Shown piece after piece: positions 1 through 9,158 of a DNA stretch of 64,000 nt. The stretch spans positions 1 through 64,000 of the IMG/VR virus record IMGVR_UViG_3300017774_004101. One strand, written 5' to 3'. The notes under the pieces were generated by a model, which did no database searches, was not told the origin of the DNA, and worked only from the letters and a program-made list of their open reading frames with translations. The stretch is from a virus (taxonomy: Duplodnaviria > Caudoviricetes). Made by a program: the position numbers and the translations under genes. How positions within the stretch are numbered: position 1 is the stretch's first letter; each line of letters opens with the position of its first letter.

Positions 1-123
1 GGTGTAGATGGAAACGAATTATATCCAATTGAAATGCATGAAGTGTTAAGGTTAATGGAAACCCAGCCAATCAAAAGTATGTTTACATTTGACCACCACG
101 AAATAGTTGAAAATTATAAATAA
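1..123 (+). CDS. 3' end of a gene, probably a calcineurin-like metallophosphoesterase (truncated by window)
   Basis: Frame 1 reads GVDGNELYPIEMHEVL...ENYK*; (DV)GVD is the usual C-terminal motif of phage metallophosphoesterases; sits next to kinase and RNA ligase. Confidence 0.45.
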   Translation, partial: GVDGNELYPIEMHEVLRLMETQPIKSMFTFDHHEIVENYK

Positions 124-129
124 AAATAT

Positions 130-546
130 ATGATACCAAAAGTATTAACATTAGTAAGAGGTTTGCCAGGTAGTGGTAAATCAACATTTGCAAATTTAAT
201 CACAAACAAATTTTCAATTTGTGAAGCTGATTTATTCTTCTATGATAAGGAAGGTAATTATAACTTTGATGGTTCTAAAATAAGACAAGCACATAATTGG
301 TGTAAAGAACAAGTCGAAATTCGTATGAAAGATAACGAAGCTAATCCACAATTCTATCCAGAAATTGTAGTATCAAATACATTTACTCAAGAATGGGAGA
401 TGGAAGAATATTTTAAGTTAGCTGAAAAGTATGGTTATATGGTATTTACTATTATTGTAGAGAATAGACATGGTGGTGTAAATCAGCACGGAGTTCCTGC
501 TGAAAAGTTAGAACAAATGAAAAACCGATTTGAAATAAAATTATAA
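130..546 (+). CDS. P-loop kinase (AAA_33 / polynucleotide kinase-like)
   Basis: Walker A RGLPGSGKST, EAD motif, VVSNTF and HGVP motifs. Confidence 0.85.
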   Translation: MIPKVLTLVRGLPGSGKSTFANLITNKFSICEADLFFYDKEGNYNFDGSKIRQAHNWCKEQVEIRMKDNEANPQFYPEIVVSNTFTQEWEMEEYFKLAEKYGYMVFTIIVENRHGGVNQHGVPAEKLEQMKNRFEIKL

Positions 547-713
547 TGAATAAAAGAGAATCATTATCAAATAGAATCCAAAACCTAAAAGGATTAGTAA
601 CTCATATGATACGAATAGGTGAGGGGGATATGGCAAGAAGGGTACGAAATGATATAGATAAATACGAAAGGGAATTAGAAGGAATGAAACGAACAAATAG
701 ATATTATGAATAA
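546..713 (+). CDS. small hypothetical protein (55 aa)
   Basis: Own translation MNKRESLSNRIQNLKG...RYYE*; TAATG coupling to upstream stop. Confidence 0.55.
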   Translation: MNKRESLSNRIQNLKGLVTHMIRIGEGDMARRVRNDIDKYERELEGMKRTNRYYE

Positions 714-825
714 GAAAATAGGAAATAATCCTTTGGGTGAATTGGTTAAGATACTTAAAGAGATTTGGTTAGGGTTTAAGATTGCAGAAAAAAATAGAGA
801 TAAATCCCAATGGGGTAAATTTTAA
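706..825 (+). CDS. small hypothetical protein (39 aa)
   Basis: Own translation MNKKIGNNPLGELVKILKEIWLGFKIAEKNRDKSQWGKF*; fills gap before ligase. Confidence 0.5.
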   Translation: MNKKIGNNPLGELVKILKEIWLGFKIAEKNRDKSQWGKF

Positions 826-828
826 TAT

Positions 829-1941
829 ATGGAAAATAATAATTCAGTTTGCTACGTTGCAACAATAAATGAAATCAAACCAATTGAAAGAGCTGATAAT
901 ATTGAATTAGCAGTAGTTGGTGGGTGGAATTGTATAGTAAAAAAAGATGCCCATAGTGTTGGTGAGTTGGTAGTATGTGCAACAACCGATGCAGTTATAC
1001 CATTTGAGTTATCTGAAAAATTAGGAGTAACCAATTACCTTCGTAATGGCGGTAGGGTTAGAACTGTTAAGTTAAGAGGAGTTTATAGTGAGTGTTTGAT
1101 TATCTCATCTGGTAGTAAAAACTATAAAGAAGGTGATGATGTAATGACCAAATATGGTATTTACAAATACGAACCACCTATTAAACAAATTCAATTGTCA
1201 AGTGGTAAAAAGATTCGTTATCAAGATAATCCATATTTTCATGTCTACTATAAGTTTCCTAACTTAAAAAATGTACCGGGAATGTTTACTGAAGATGACA
1301 CTGTGGAAATCACTCGTAAGATTCACGGAACAAATGCAAGATATGGTATTGTTAAAAAGAATAAATTATCAATATTAGATAGAATTAAAAAATTCTTTGG
1401 TAACAAATGGGCTGAATATGAATTCGTAGTAGGTTCACACAATGTAGAAAAAGGTTCTGATTCTCAAGGATTTTATGATACCAATGTTTGGTATGATATT
1501 GAAAAAAAATACGATATCAAAAATAAGTTGTGGGGATATGTTAAAGATAAAATTTATGGTGATAATATAGGTGATGGGGTTACCTTATATGGTGAGATTT
1601 ACGGAGCGGGAATCCAAAAGGGATATGATTATGGACTGAAGGAGATTAAGTTCGCAGGATTTGATGTAAAAGAGAATAGTGAGTATTTAAGTGTTATTAA
1701 TTCAAAGTTGTTAATAGCAAATATTTTGGAATTACCTTATGTAGAGATTTTACACTATGGAAATTGGTCACAAGAAGTACAAGATAAATTTACATTCAAT
1801 AACTTTATCCCAAACACAAAAGTACCAGAAGAGGGAATTGTAATCAAACATCAAACAGGTGAAAGACAAAAGATTGCAAAAGTAATCAACCCTGATTATT
1901 TAATCTTTGCAGAAAAACATAATGTGGAAGATTCACATTAA
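829..1941 (+). CDS. RNA ligase, DRB0094 (Rnl5-like) family
   Basis: N-terminal OB-like domain (ADNIELAVVGGWNCIVKK, KLRGVYSECL), adenylylation motif TRKIHGTN, LYGEIYG, FDV, EEGIVIK, KVINPDYL. Confidence 0.9.
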   Translation: MENNNSVCYVATINEIKPIERADNIELAVVGGWNCIVKKDAHSVGELVVCATTDAVIPFELSEKLGVTNYLRNGGRVRTVKLRGVYSECLIISSGSKNYKEGDDVMTKYGIYKYEPPIKQIQLSSGKKIRYQDNPYFHVYYKFPNLKNVPGMFTEDDTVEITRKIHGTNARYGIVKKNKLSILDRIKKFFGNKWAEYEFVVGSHNVEKGSDSQGFYDTNVWYDIEKKYDIKNKLWGYVKDKIYGDNIGDGVTLYGEIYGAGIQKGYDYGLKEIKFAGFDVKENSEYLSVINSKLLIANILELPYVEILHYGNWSQEVQDKFTFNNFIPNTKVPEEGIVIKHQTGERQKIAKVINPDYLIFAEKHNVEDSH

Positions 1942-1952
1942 AATTATAAATT

Positions 1953-2132
1953 ATGAACGAATCATTTTCAAATTACTTAAAAGGAATCCTTACGATACTA
2001 TTGATAACCCTAGCAGTATATGTATATGATGGACACCTCCACCCAACTAATCAATCATCTCTACTAGAAATATTTGGTGCATTGATGTTGGTAATGGTTG
2101 TTATCGTTGGATTCAAAGAATACAATAAATAA
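1953..2132 (+). CDS. small two-TM membrane protein (59 aa)
   Basis: Own translation MNESFSNYLKGILTILLITLAVYVY...LLEIFGALMLVMVVIVGFKEYNK*. Confidence 0.6.
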   Translation: MNESFSNYLKGILTILLITLAVYVYDGHLHPTNQSSLLEIFGALMLVMVVIVGFKEYNK

Positions 2133-2341
2133 TGCGTAACTCAGGAATACCATTTCCCATACAAAAAATAAATGATAATCTATATCAAGTTGTAGCAGAA
2201 TACCCAACCGAGCGAATACCTGATGTTGCCCCAATAAAGGAATGGTTAAATTGTGATTCTGCTTTTAGAACAAAAAATGCTACCTATATTTTCTGCAGAA
2301 CAATTGAAGAAGCAGAAATAGTAGAAGACCCTCCACAATAA
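2132..2341 (+). CDS. hypothetical protein
   Basis: 69-aa ORF translationally coupled to previous gene. Confidence 0.65.
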   Translation: MRNSGIPFPIQKINDNLYQVVAEYPTERIPDVAPIKEWLNCDSAFRTKNATYIFCRTIEEAEIVEDPPQ

Positions 2342-2369
2342 TATTTTTCAGTTATCCATATTTATAGAT

Positions 2370-3296
2370 ATGGAGTATACTCGATTAGAAAATTTACGAA
2401 ACACTTATCCGGCACAAACAACTACCGATTTGAATAATATAAAAACATTTTATTCAAAGGAGGAAGGATACGTGCGTAAATATGGAAAAGATAGAACAAA
2501 TGCATATCTTGATTTTAAAACATACCCAGTTGATAAATTAAATGTATTAGACCCCATTATATATCCATATGTTGATTTCAAATTCATTGTTCAATTTTAC
2601 GATGAGAAAGAAGGGTTTTTAGAAGAATGGACATCTGCTCCTTTTAAAAAATTATTATTAAAAGCACAAGAAGACGGTAACCCATATTTTAATAAATTTA
2701 CAGTTCCAATAATACCAATGGATTATGGTGAATTAAAAAATCATCATAGGATAAATAAATTATCAATAGGAGAACTTTATTCAGAAACAAAAGTTATAAA
2801 AACTATTTCTACGATTGAAGAAATGTTATTACATATTCAATGGTTGGTGGTCTTTACCGATGAATTTAGAAATACTGAATCTGGTAAAACAATTAGTGAC
2901 CCTATATACCCAATTGATGGTATTGGTACTTGGATAACTACTCATGACCCACAGGGAACGTTTGGACTAGGTTGGAGTGATTACCTAAAACAAACCCTTA
3001 ATGATAAAGAATTTGCAATTGAAATAACCTCCGATACCCTTAAACCTAAAGAAGTAACTATAACAAAACCTTCAAATAAAAGTTTAAATATCGTAGAACC
3101 TCCGAAATCAGAGCCATCTCCACCAACCCCACCTTCTTCACCTTATACCCCGTCTAATTATACACAAGATTATTCGTCCGGTGGTTATAGAAATGGTGGA
3201 ATATATTATCCGACCGATTACTATGGACCAGGATATTATAACGATAGTTATAATTCACAAATACAATTTCGCAACGATTATTACAACATACGATAA
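2370..3296 (+). CDS. hypothetical protein with Pro-rich linker and Tyr/Gly/Asn-rich tail
   Basis: 308-aa ORF; EPSPPTPPSSP then YSSGGYRNGGIYYPTDYYGPGYYNDSYN; preceded by ATATTTATA (2358-2366). Confidence 0.75.
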   Translation: MEYTRLENLRNTYPAQTTTDLNNIKTFYSKEEGYVRKYGKDRTNAYLDFKTYPVDKLNVLDPIIYPYVDFKFIVQFYDEKEGFLEEWTSAPFKKLLLKAQEDGNPYFNKFTVPIIPMDYGELKNHHRINKLSIGELYSETKVIKTISTIEEMLLHIQWLVVFTDEFRNTESGKTISDPIYPIDGIGTWITTHDPQGTFGLGWSDYLKQTLNDKEFAIEITSDTLKPKEVTITKPSNKSLNIVEPPKSEPSPPTPPSSPYTPSNYTQDYSSGGYRNGGIYYPTDYYGPGYYNDSYNSQIQFRNDYYNIR

Positions 3297-3346
3297 GCCT
3301 AAAAGTTTTAGTAGTTTATATTTAATAGTAATCTAATAATTTCATC

Positions 3347-3706
3347 ATGAAAAGCAGAACGTTTACTACACTTGATTGGAAAAAGTATTTAGACCCAAAT
3401 AATAATTTAAGGGTTGCACGGTTTTTAGAAAAGCGTGGATTCGAAGTAATGAATCAGGTTTCCCAAAACATTCATAAGGCAGCAACAAAGGGAATGAATG
3501 AAGTAGCAATATTAGTTCATCCAAACGCTAGTGCAATTTCAATTGTACCTAAGACCGATTTCATTGAAGCATTAGACCATTGTAAAGATTGGTTTCAAGC
3601 GAAGGAAGAGTATGAAATGTGTGCACGAATAGTCAAATATAAAGAAGACATCGTAAATTTAAGAAAACCAATTCAGAAAAAAAAAGAAGTACGAAAATTA
3701 ATTTAA
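3347..3706 (+). CDS. hypothetical protein (UVR-like C-terminal helix EEYEMCARI)
   Basis: 119-aa ORF. Confidence 0.7.
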   Translation: MKSRTFTTLDWKKYLDPNNNLRVARFLEKRGFEVMNQVSQNIHKAATKGMNEVAILVHPNASAISIVPKTDFIEALDHCKDWFQAKEEYEMCARIVKYKEDIVNLRKPIQKKKEVRKLI

Positions 3707-3724
3707 CTTTATAAAAAAAAACTT

Positions 3725-4447
3725 ATGGCGGATAATTCATCATTAAAGCATAAAGAGATTACAGAAAATATCAAAAACGAAAAACAAAGACCTAAGAGTC
3801 CAATAAAGTTTCAACTAACTCTTAACGAAGAACAAAAAGAAGCTAAAGATAAAATCCTAAATAATGCAATTACCATTTTAAGTGGTAAGGCTGGAAGTGG
3901 TAAAACACTTTTAGCATGTCAGGTAGCGTTAGATTTACTTTTCAAAAAAACCATAAATAAAATTATTATTACTCGACCGACAGTGAGTAAAGAAGAAATT
4001 GGTTTCTTACCCGGTGACCTTAGAGAAAAGATGGAGCCGTGGATGCAACCAATCTATTCTAATTTTTATCAATTGTATAATAAAGAAAAGATTGATAAGA
4101 TATTAGAAAGTGGCGAAGTTGAAATCGTACCCCTTGCGTTTATGAGAGGTAGAACTTTCTTAGATGCATTTATTATCGTAGATGAGGCACAAAACTGCAC
4201 CAATGACCAGATGGAAATGATTACATCTCGTTTGGGATTAAGGAGCAAGATGGTAGTGTGTGGCGATTCACAACAAGTGGATTTAAAATATAGAGGAGAT
4301 AGTGGATTCAAATTCTTAGTAACTGCCGCAAAGAAAATCAAAGATATGGATTCTCAAACCCTACTTATAAATCACCGTCATCCAGTTGTGGATGCCCTAT
4401 TAGATGCATACGAAGAATTTAAGGAAAAAAGTAACCCTACTCGCTAA
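3725..4447 (+). CDS. phoH: PhoH-like ATPase
   Basis: GKAGSGKT, IIITRP, IGFLPG, FMRGRTF, IVDEAQN, GDSQQVD, HRHPVV. Confidence 0.95.
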   Translation: MADNSSLKHKEITENIKNEKQRPKSPIKFQLTLNEEQKEAKDKILNNAITILSGKAGSGKTLLACQVALDLLFKKTINKIIITRPTVSKEEIGFLPGDLREKMEPWMQPIYSNFYQLYNKEKIDKILESGEVEIVPLAFMRGRTFLDAFIIVDEAQNCTNDQMEMITSRLGLRSKMVVCGDSQQVDLKYRGDSGFKFLVTAAKKIKDMDSQTLLINHRHPVVDALLDAYEEFKEKSNPTR

Positions 4448-4451
4448 CTAA

Positions 4452-4462
4452 TTGATTATCAA
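4452..4462. promoter_or_regulatory. palindrome TTGATTATCAA (candidate operator)
   Basis: Core of imperfect inverted repeat AACTAATTGATTATCAATTGGTT (4446-4468); same core at 6861-6871; both just upstream of host-type promoters. Confidence 0.4.
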
Positions 4463-4488
4463 TTGGTTCGAAAAAACATCAAAAAATA

Positions 4489-4520
4489 TTTGGTAATACC
4501 AATAATTGTTCGTATATTAG
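4489..4520 (+). promoter_or_regulatory. Bacteroidota sigma70-type promoter (-33/-7)
   Basis: TTTG(4489-92)-N20-TATATTAG(4513-20). Confidence 0.7.
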
Positions 4521-4526
4521 CTTTAT

Positions 4527-4904
4527 ATGAATGAGAATGGTATTACCAATATAATTAATGTTTACTATGATAAAATATGTAAACACTATGGATATTCTAA
4601 ATATCACGATGATTTTCCATATCTATTAATAGAAGATTCCCCATATTCAGATGCAGATGAACCGAACTTAATCGGTGAGTTTTGTTTTAGTGAAAACGAA
4701 TTAATTGTATATTGGAAAAATATCAAATCAACCGAAGAGTTAGTTCGGACTCTTATTCACGAATATCAACACTATTTACAATCTCCTAATTGGATGACCC
4801 GATACTATAATATGGGATGTGATTATCATACTCACCCATATGAAATTGCGGCATACGAACGAGAAAACGAATACAAACTATTTTATGAAAACGAAACAAT
4901 TTAG
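4527..4904 (+). CDS. HExxH zincin-like metallopeptidase domain protein
   Basis: TLIHEYQHYLQ ... HPYEIAAY. Confidence 0.75.
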   Translation: MNENGITNIINVYYDKICKHYGYSKYHDDFPYLLIEDSPYSDADEPNLIGEFCFSENELIVYWKNIKSTEELVRTLIHEYQHYLQSPNWMTRYYNMGCDYHTHPYEIAAYERENEYKLFYENETI

Positions 4905-5262
4905 AAGTGAATTTGGTAACGATATCATTGTCAATATAATTGGCTCTGATGATTTCCGTTATTCAGTTGTTAAACCATTATTTGAATCATATGGATTTGG
5001 GTTTATGATACCCGCTAACATATCTGAAAAATTGATGTTAATAGATGGTGAACAAAAATTAAATAAACATATTCTAAAATGGATTGAAGCACATGAAGTT
5101 GCACACTTTATGTTAGGACACGGATTAACAAAGAATAATTCTGCAGAAGAAGAGATTCAGGCAGATAGATTAGCATACCAAATGTTAGATGGTAAGGGGT
5201 ATACTAAATCTGCACAAATGGTTAAAGATAAGTTTGAAGAAAGACACGGAATAAAATATTAA
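4885..5262 (+). CDS. HExxH (ImmA/IrrE-like) metallopeptidase domain protein
   Basis: EAHEVAHFMLGH ... EEEIQADRLA; start moved to MKTKQF at 4885. Confidence 0.75.
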   Translation: MKTKQFRSEFGNDIIVNIIGSDDFRYSVVKPLFESYGFGFMIPANISEKLMLIDGEQKLNKHILKWIEAHEVAHFMLGHGLTKNNSAEEEIQADRLAYQMLDGKGYTKSAQMVKDKFEERHGIKY

Positions 5263-5270
5263 AATATACT

Positions 5271-5705
5271 ATGGGTAAATATAAATTTAAAAATCGTAAG
5301 TTTCCAATACAATTTCAAAAAGTAGTTGATTGGATTTCTGATACAAAAGGAGTTGATGTTATATTGAGTGATTCCACTTTGTTTATGGGGCATTTTACAC
5401 GTCGTATAACAATACACCATAATTATGATTTAAATAACAATGGGTTATATGCCTTACTACACGAGTGTGGTCACGTCCTACAACCTGCAACTAATGTTGG
5501 ATGTAATGCATATAAAAATATTGATGATACCGACCACCCAAAAGAATTTATGATGGGACAGTTCTTAAATGAATTGGATGCGTGGAATAGAGGAATGGAA
5601 ATCGCAAAAAAGTTAAACCTTAAAATAAATGAAAAACAATTTGAAAAAGAAAAATCTGAAGCACTACTTACCTATTTTACTACTACCCCTCCTACTTTTA
5701 GCTAG
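5271..5705 (+). CDS. HExxH metallopeptidase-like protein
   Basis: LLHECGHVL ... NELDAWNRG. Confidence 0.75.
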   Translation: MGKYKFKNRKFPIQFQKVVDWISDTKGVDVILSDSTLFMGHFTRRITIHHNYDLNNNGLYALLHECGHVLQPATNVGCNAYKNIDDTDHPKEFMMGQFLNELDAWNRGMEIAKKLNLKINEKQFEKEKSEALLTYFTTTPPTFS

Positions 5706-6864
5706 TTGTAGTAAAGAGGATATCCCATTACCTCAACCTAAGCAAATAGAACCACCGGTTGTTGTTATAAAAAAATCAGATACATTATATTCACAATCAT
5801 ATCTCAATCAAAAATCTGGAATATTTTTTATGTGGTATTATAACATCCAAATAAATTCTGCTAAAAAAATATTAAACAATAATGAGAAGGGTGATTATGG
5901 TGCCGGTCAAGCATATTACGATGTTAATGGTGATGGGTTTGTAGATATTCTTACATCATATAGTAATGGTACAAATGGATATAAAGGAATTCGTTGGTAT
6001 ATCAATAAAGGAGATAATAAAAATTTCTATTCAGATACAACCTATATTAATGGTAATACGTTTGGTAATACCGCACATAAAGTTTTAAAAACTGATATCA
6101 ATAAAGATGGTAAAGCAGATTTTGTAATATTGGGAGTAGATGAAAGAGTGGTTGGCGATTATAGTGGTAATTTCAATGTACTATTATCAACCACTACAAA
6201 TAAATTTCAATATATCACAATTCCAAACCCAAATAAATATTGGTTTCATAATGGTGCCACCGGCGATTTAAATGGTGATGGAAATGTAGATGTGGTTGCA
6301 GGGACATTTGTTTGGTACGGAGATGGTAGTGGAAATTTTACAAAATCAAATATTGAATTAAATAATTATACATCGGCTATTTTGGTGTACGAAATATTAG
6401 ACATCGATAATGATGGTAAAGATGATATTTTAATTGGTGGTAATGATGCGTATGGGAATACTACTATTATTTTTAACAATAGAACATTTATAAATTCTAA
6501 AACTATACAATTTAAAAAACGTACTGATTTTCCATTTTGTGTTGATTTTGAATTTATAGATTTGGATTTAGATGGGGATTTGGATATGATAGAACTAAGG
6601 GCAGATAAGGAACAAATACAAACTAAACTCTTTGCATATATAAAGACCAGTGATGGTTACTCATTAGACCCCGCTTATTTCAATGATTCGTTAGATGGTG
6701 GGGGTGTATATGGTCAAACTGATAAATACGGATGGAGCACCTTTAAAGTCGATGATGTGGATGGAGATAAGGTATTGGATATTGTGGCTGAGAATTTCCA
6801 CGACTCCCAATCAAATGGGTATAAAAAAGTAGGGGGAAATTGGGTTAAATTCTCCTTCAATTGA
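5629..6864 (+). CDS. lipoprotein with FG-GAP/VCBS Ca-binding repeats (beta-propeller)
   Basis: Signal II LLLLASC-SKED; repeats DVNGDGFVD, DINKDGKAD, DLNGDGNVD, DIDNDGKDD, DLDLDGDLD, DVDGDKVLD. Confidence 0.85.
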   Translation: MKNNLKKKNLKHYLPILLLPLLLLASCSKEDIPLPQPKQIEPPVVVIKKSDTLYSQSYLNQKSGIFFMWYYNIQINSAKKILNNNEKGDYGAGQAYYDVNGDGFVDILTSYSNGTNGYKGIRWYINKGDNKNFYSDTTYINGNTFGNTAHKVLKTDINKDGKADFVILGVDERVVGDYSGNFNVLLSTTTNKFQYITIPNPNKYWFHNGATGDLNGDGNVDVVAGTFVWYGDGSGNFTKSNIELNNYTSAILVYEILDIDNDGKDDILIGGNDAYGNTTIIFNNRTFINSKTIQFKKRTDFPFCVDFEFIDLDLDGDLDMIELRADKEQIQTKLFAYIKTSDGYSLDPAYFNDSLDGGGVYGQTDKYGWSTFKVDDVDGDKVLDIVAENFHDSQSNGYKKVGGNWVKFSFN

Positions 6865-6871
6865 TAATCAA
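6861..6871. promoter_or_regulatory. palindrome TTGATAATCAA (candidate operator)
   Basis: Same core as 4452-4462, upstream of promoter at 6914. Confidence 0.35.
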
Positions 6872-6913
6872 CGAGTTACATATTAAAATAATTTATAAAT
6901 AGAGGGTAAAAAA

Positions 6914-6945
6914 TTTGGAAAATCCAATTATTCTTCGTATCTTTA
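6914..6945 (+). promoter_or_regulatory. Bacteroidota sigma70-type promoter
   Basis: TTTG(6914-17)-N20-TATCTTTA(6938-45). Confidence 0.7.
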
Positions 6946-6983
6946 TTGTATAAGAAAGAGAGATAATAACAACAATTAACATT

Positions 6984-7469
6984 ATGACTGAAAATAAAAA
7001 AATACTTTACATTGACATGGATGGCGTTTTAGTAGATTTAAAGGCCGAGTTTGATAAGTGGTTTGAGAACCACCCACATTTGATTGATAAATACAAAAAA
7101 TATCCTGACCATATTCCTGGTATATTCCGAAACCCACCTCCATATGAGGGGGCCATTGAGGCTGTTAAGAAGTTGGCCGAAAGTGGTAAGTACGAAATAT
7201 TCATCGCTACCGCAGCACCGTGGGGAAACCCTGATGCTTCAACTGACAAACGATATTGGATTGAGAATCACTTTGGAAATCTCTTTCACAAAAAAATGGT
7301 TGTTACACACCGAAAAGACCTTTTGGCTGGTGATTATCTAATTGATGACCGAATTAAGAATGGAGCCGGAGAGTTCAAAGGTAAGTTACTTAAATTTGGT
7401 TGGGCATATGAAACAAAGGAATGGAATGAATATCCGACTTGGGAATCAATCTTAAACAAATTGTTATGA
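6984..7469 (+). CDS. 5'(3')-deoxyribonucleotidase (NT5C, HAD family)
   Basis: YIDMDGVLVD, K..W, GDYLIDDR. Confidence 0.9.
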   Translation: MTENKKILYIDMDGVLVDLKAEFDKWFENHPHLIDKYKKYPDHIPGIFRNPPPYEGAIEAVKKLAESGKYEIFIATAAPWGNPDASTDKRYWIENHFGNLFHKKMVVTHRKDLLAGDYLIDDRIKNGAGEFKGKLLKFGWAYETKEWNEYPTWESILNKLL

Positions 7470-8035
7470 GAATCAAATGGTTAGTATTAAGTTCTTTACT
7501 ATTTACTGCTTGCAGTAAAGATGATATACCCACCCCTATCCAAAAATGGGGACCGGAAGTTCAAACAAAAACAAATACCATACCAACAAAGGTTAGTTAT
7601 AATCCGAATGATTTTACATTAGATGGTCGATTACCACAAGATGCGAATGGGTATTATCATTTACAATTGAATCCAAATACAAACCAAACAACACATAGGG
7701 TTACCGGTACACTTAAAAATACTACACAACCTATTAAAGTAGAATGGGAAAGTAATTTATATTGGTGGTTATGGAAAGATGATGTTGTAGCAAGAATTAC
7801 TAAAACCTACATCAATGAATTTACAGGTCAACTTACTTATATAAACTTACCACCACTTACGAATTGGAGAGATGTACTAATACCTACTTGTAATTCTACA
7901 TCATATAGTGGAACGAATGGTGAGATAAACACAATGATTGCACCGGTTAATAAAATGAGAGGGGATACCCTACGTTTAAAATGTACAATGATTGAAGCAA
8001 AAATTACTAAACAAATTAATATAGTTTTAGAATGA
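7466..8035 (+). CDS. lipoprotein of unknown function
   Basis: MRIKWLVLSSLLFTAC-SKDDIP lipobox; start moved to 7466 (ATGA overlap). Confidence 0.75.
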   Translation: MRIKWLVLSSLLFTACSKDDIPTPIQKWGPEVQTKTNTIPTKVSYNPNDFTLDGRLPQDANGYYHLQLNPNTNQTTHRVTGTLKNTTQPIKVEWESNLYWWLWKDDVVARITKTYINEFTGQLTYINLPPLTNWRDVLIPTCNSTSYSGTNGEINTMIAPVNKMRGDTLRLKCTMIEAKITKQINIVLE

Positions 8036-8379
8036 GTATAGAAGAAACCCCAATAGAATTTCCAGAAACACCCATAACCGAAGAAACGTTTGAAAGACAG
8101 GGATGGGAAAAGATAGATGAGATGGCTGAAGAGGGTGATGATGAGGAATCTGCTCCAAGTGGGATGTACTATTATGTATTACCCCTACCGAAAGATAATC
8201 CATCTGAAGATGCACCTTGTTTAATATCATCTATAAACGATGAATGGAAACATATGGAATTACCAAAGGGAAGTTATATAGTTGAAATTGGAGATGCGGT
8301 TGGGTTGGGATATTGTGAGAGTGAAGAACAATTAGAAATTCTATATAGGGCATTGACAGGACAAGAAATTGAAGATTAA
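8032..8379 (+). CDS. acidic hypothetical protein
   Basis: 115-aa ORF, ATGA-coupled. Confidence 0.7.
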   Translation: MSIEETPIEFPETPITEETFERQGWEKIDEMAEEGDDEESAPSGMYYYVLPLPKDNPSEDAPCLISSINDEWKHMELPKGSYIVEIGDAVGLGYCESEEQLEILYRALTGQEIED

Positions 8380-8389
8380 AATATAAATT

Positions 8390-9049
8390 ATGAAAAACTA
8401 TTCAGCAGAAGACCTACAAAAGAATTATGATAGATTCATTGAGGCATTAAGTAAAGTATTTAGTGGTGAACGTTTAGAGAAATTAAAGTTCATGTATTCA
8501 CAAGAGGAATTGGGAACTGAATTGGTTCTTGCCCCTGCAAGTAGTAAAGAACATTATCATTCTGCATATGTTGGTGGATATTTAGACCACGTGATGAACG
8601 TTGCCCGAAACGCGTATAAGATGAAAAAGATTTACGAGGAGGGTGGAATCAAAGTAGATTTTACCGATGAGGAATTATTCTTCGCAGCCTTTCATCATGA
8701 TTTGGGTAAGTTAGGGGTGAAGGGTCAACCTCATTATGTAGAGGAGGGTTCTGATTGGCATAAGAAGAATCAAGGTGCATTATTTAAGATTAATGGTGAG
8801 AATCATTATATGGATGTAACCCATAGGGCATTGTGGTTACTTAACCAATATGGTATTACCTATTCCGAAAAGGAGATGATTGGGATTATGTTAGCAGACG
8901 GATTATACAACGAAGGTACTAAACCTTACTTTATCAGTTTCCGTCCCGAGATGAGGTTAAAAACCGACCTTCCGTACATTCTACATTGGGCTGACCATAT
9001 GAGTTGCAGACAGGAGAATAAACAATGGGAAGATTCAAAACCTTTCTAA
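8390..9049 (+). CDS. HD-domain phosphohydrolase (YhaM-like HD domain)
   Basis: APAS..HYHSAYVGGYLDH, FHHDLGKLG, LHWADHM. Confidence 0.85.
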   Translation: MKNYSAEDLQKNYDRFIEALSKVFSGERLEKLKFMYSQEELGTELVLAPASSKEHYHSAYVGGYLDHVMNVARNAYKMKKIYEEGGIKVDFTDEELFFAAFHHDLGKLGVKGQPHYVEEGSDWHKKNQGALFKINGENHYMDVTHRALWLLNQYGITYSEKEMIGIMLADGLYNEGTKPYFISFRPEMRLKTDLPYILHWADHMSCRQENKQWEDSKPF

Positions 9050-9050
9050 C

Positions 9051-9094
9051 TGACAAGTTGTCAAATAGGGTTTTAAAATACTGACAATATGTCA
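9051..9094. promoter_or_regulatory. two TGACA-N3-TGTCA palindromes (transcription-factor sites)
   Basis: TGACAAGTTGTCA 9051-9063 and TGACAATATGTCA 9082-9094, 31 bp apart, upstream of hsp20. Confidence 0.65.
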
Positions 9095-9106
9095 TAAAGT
9101 ACCCTT

Positions 9107-9121
9107 TGGTATAACAATTGT
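9107..9121 (+). promoter_or_regulatory. sigma54-like (-24/-12) promoter
   Basis: TGGTATA-ACAA-TTGT matches TGGYAYR-N4-TTGY spacing. Confidence 0.5.
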
Positions 9122-9158
9122 AATATTAGAGGTATTGTTTAACTAAAATAAAAAAATT

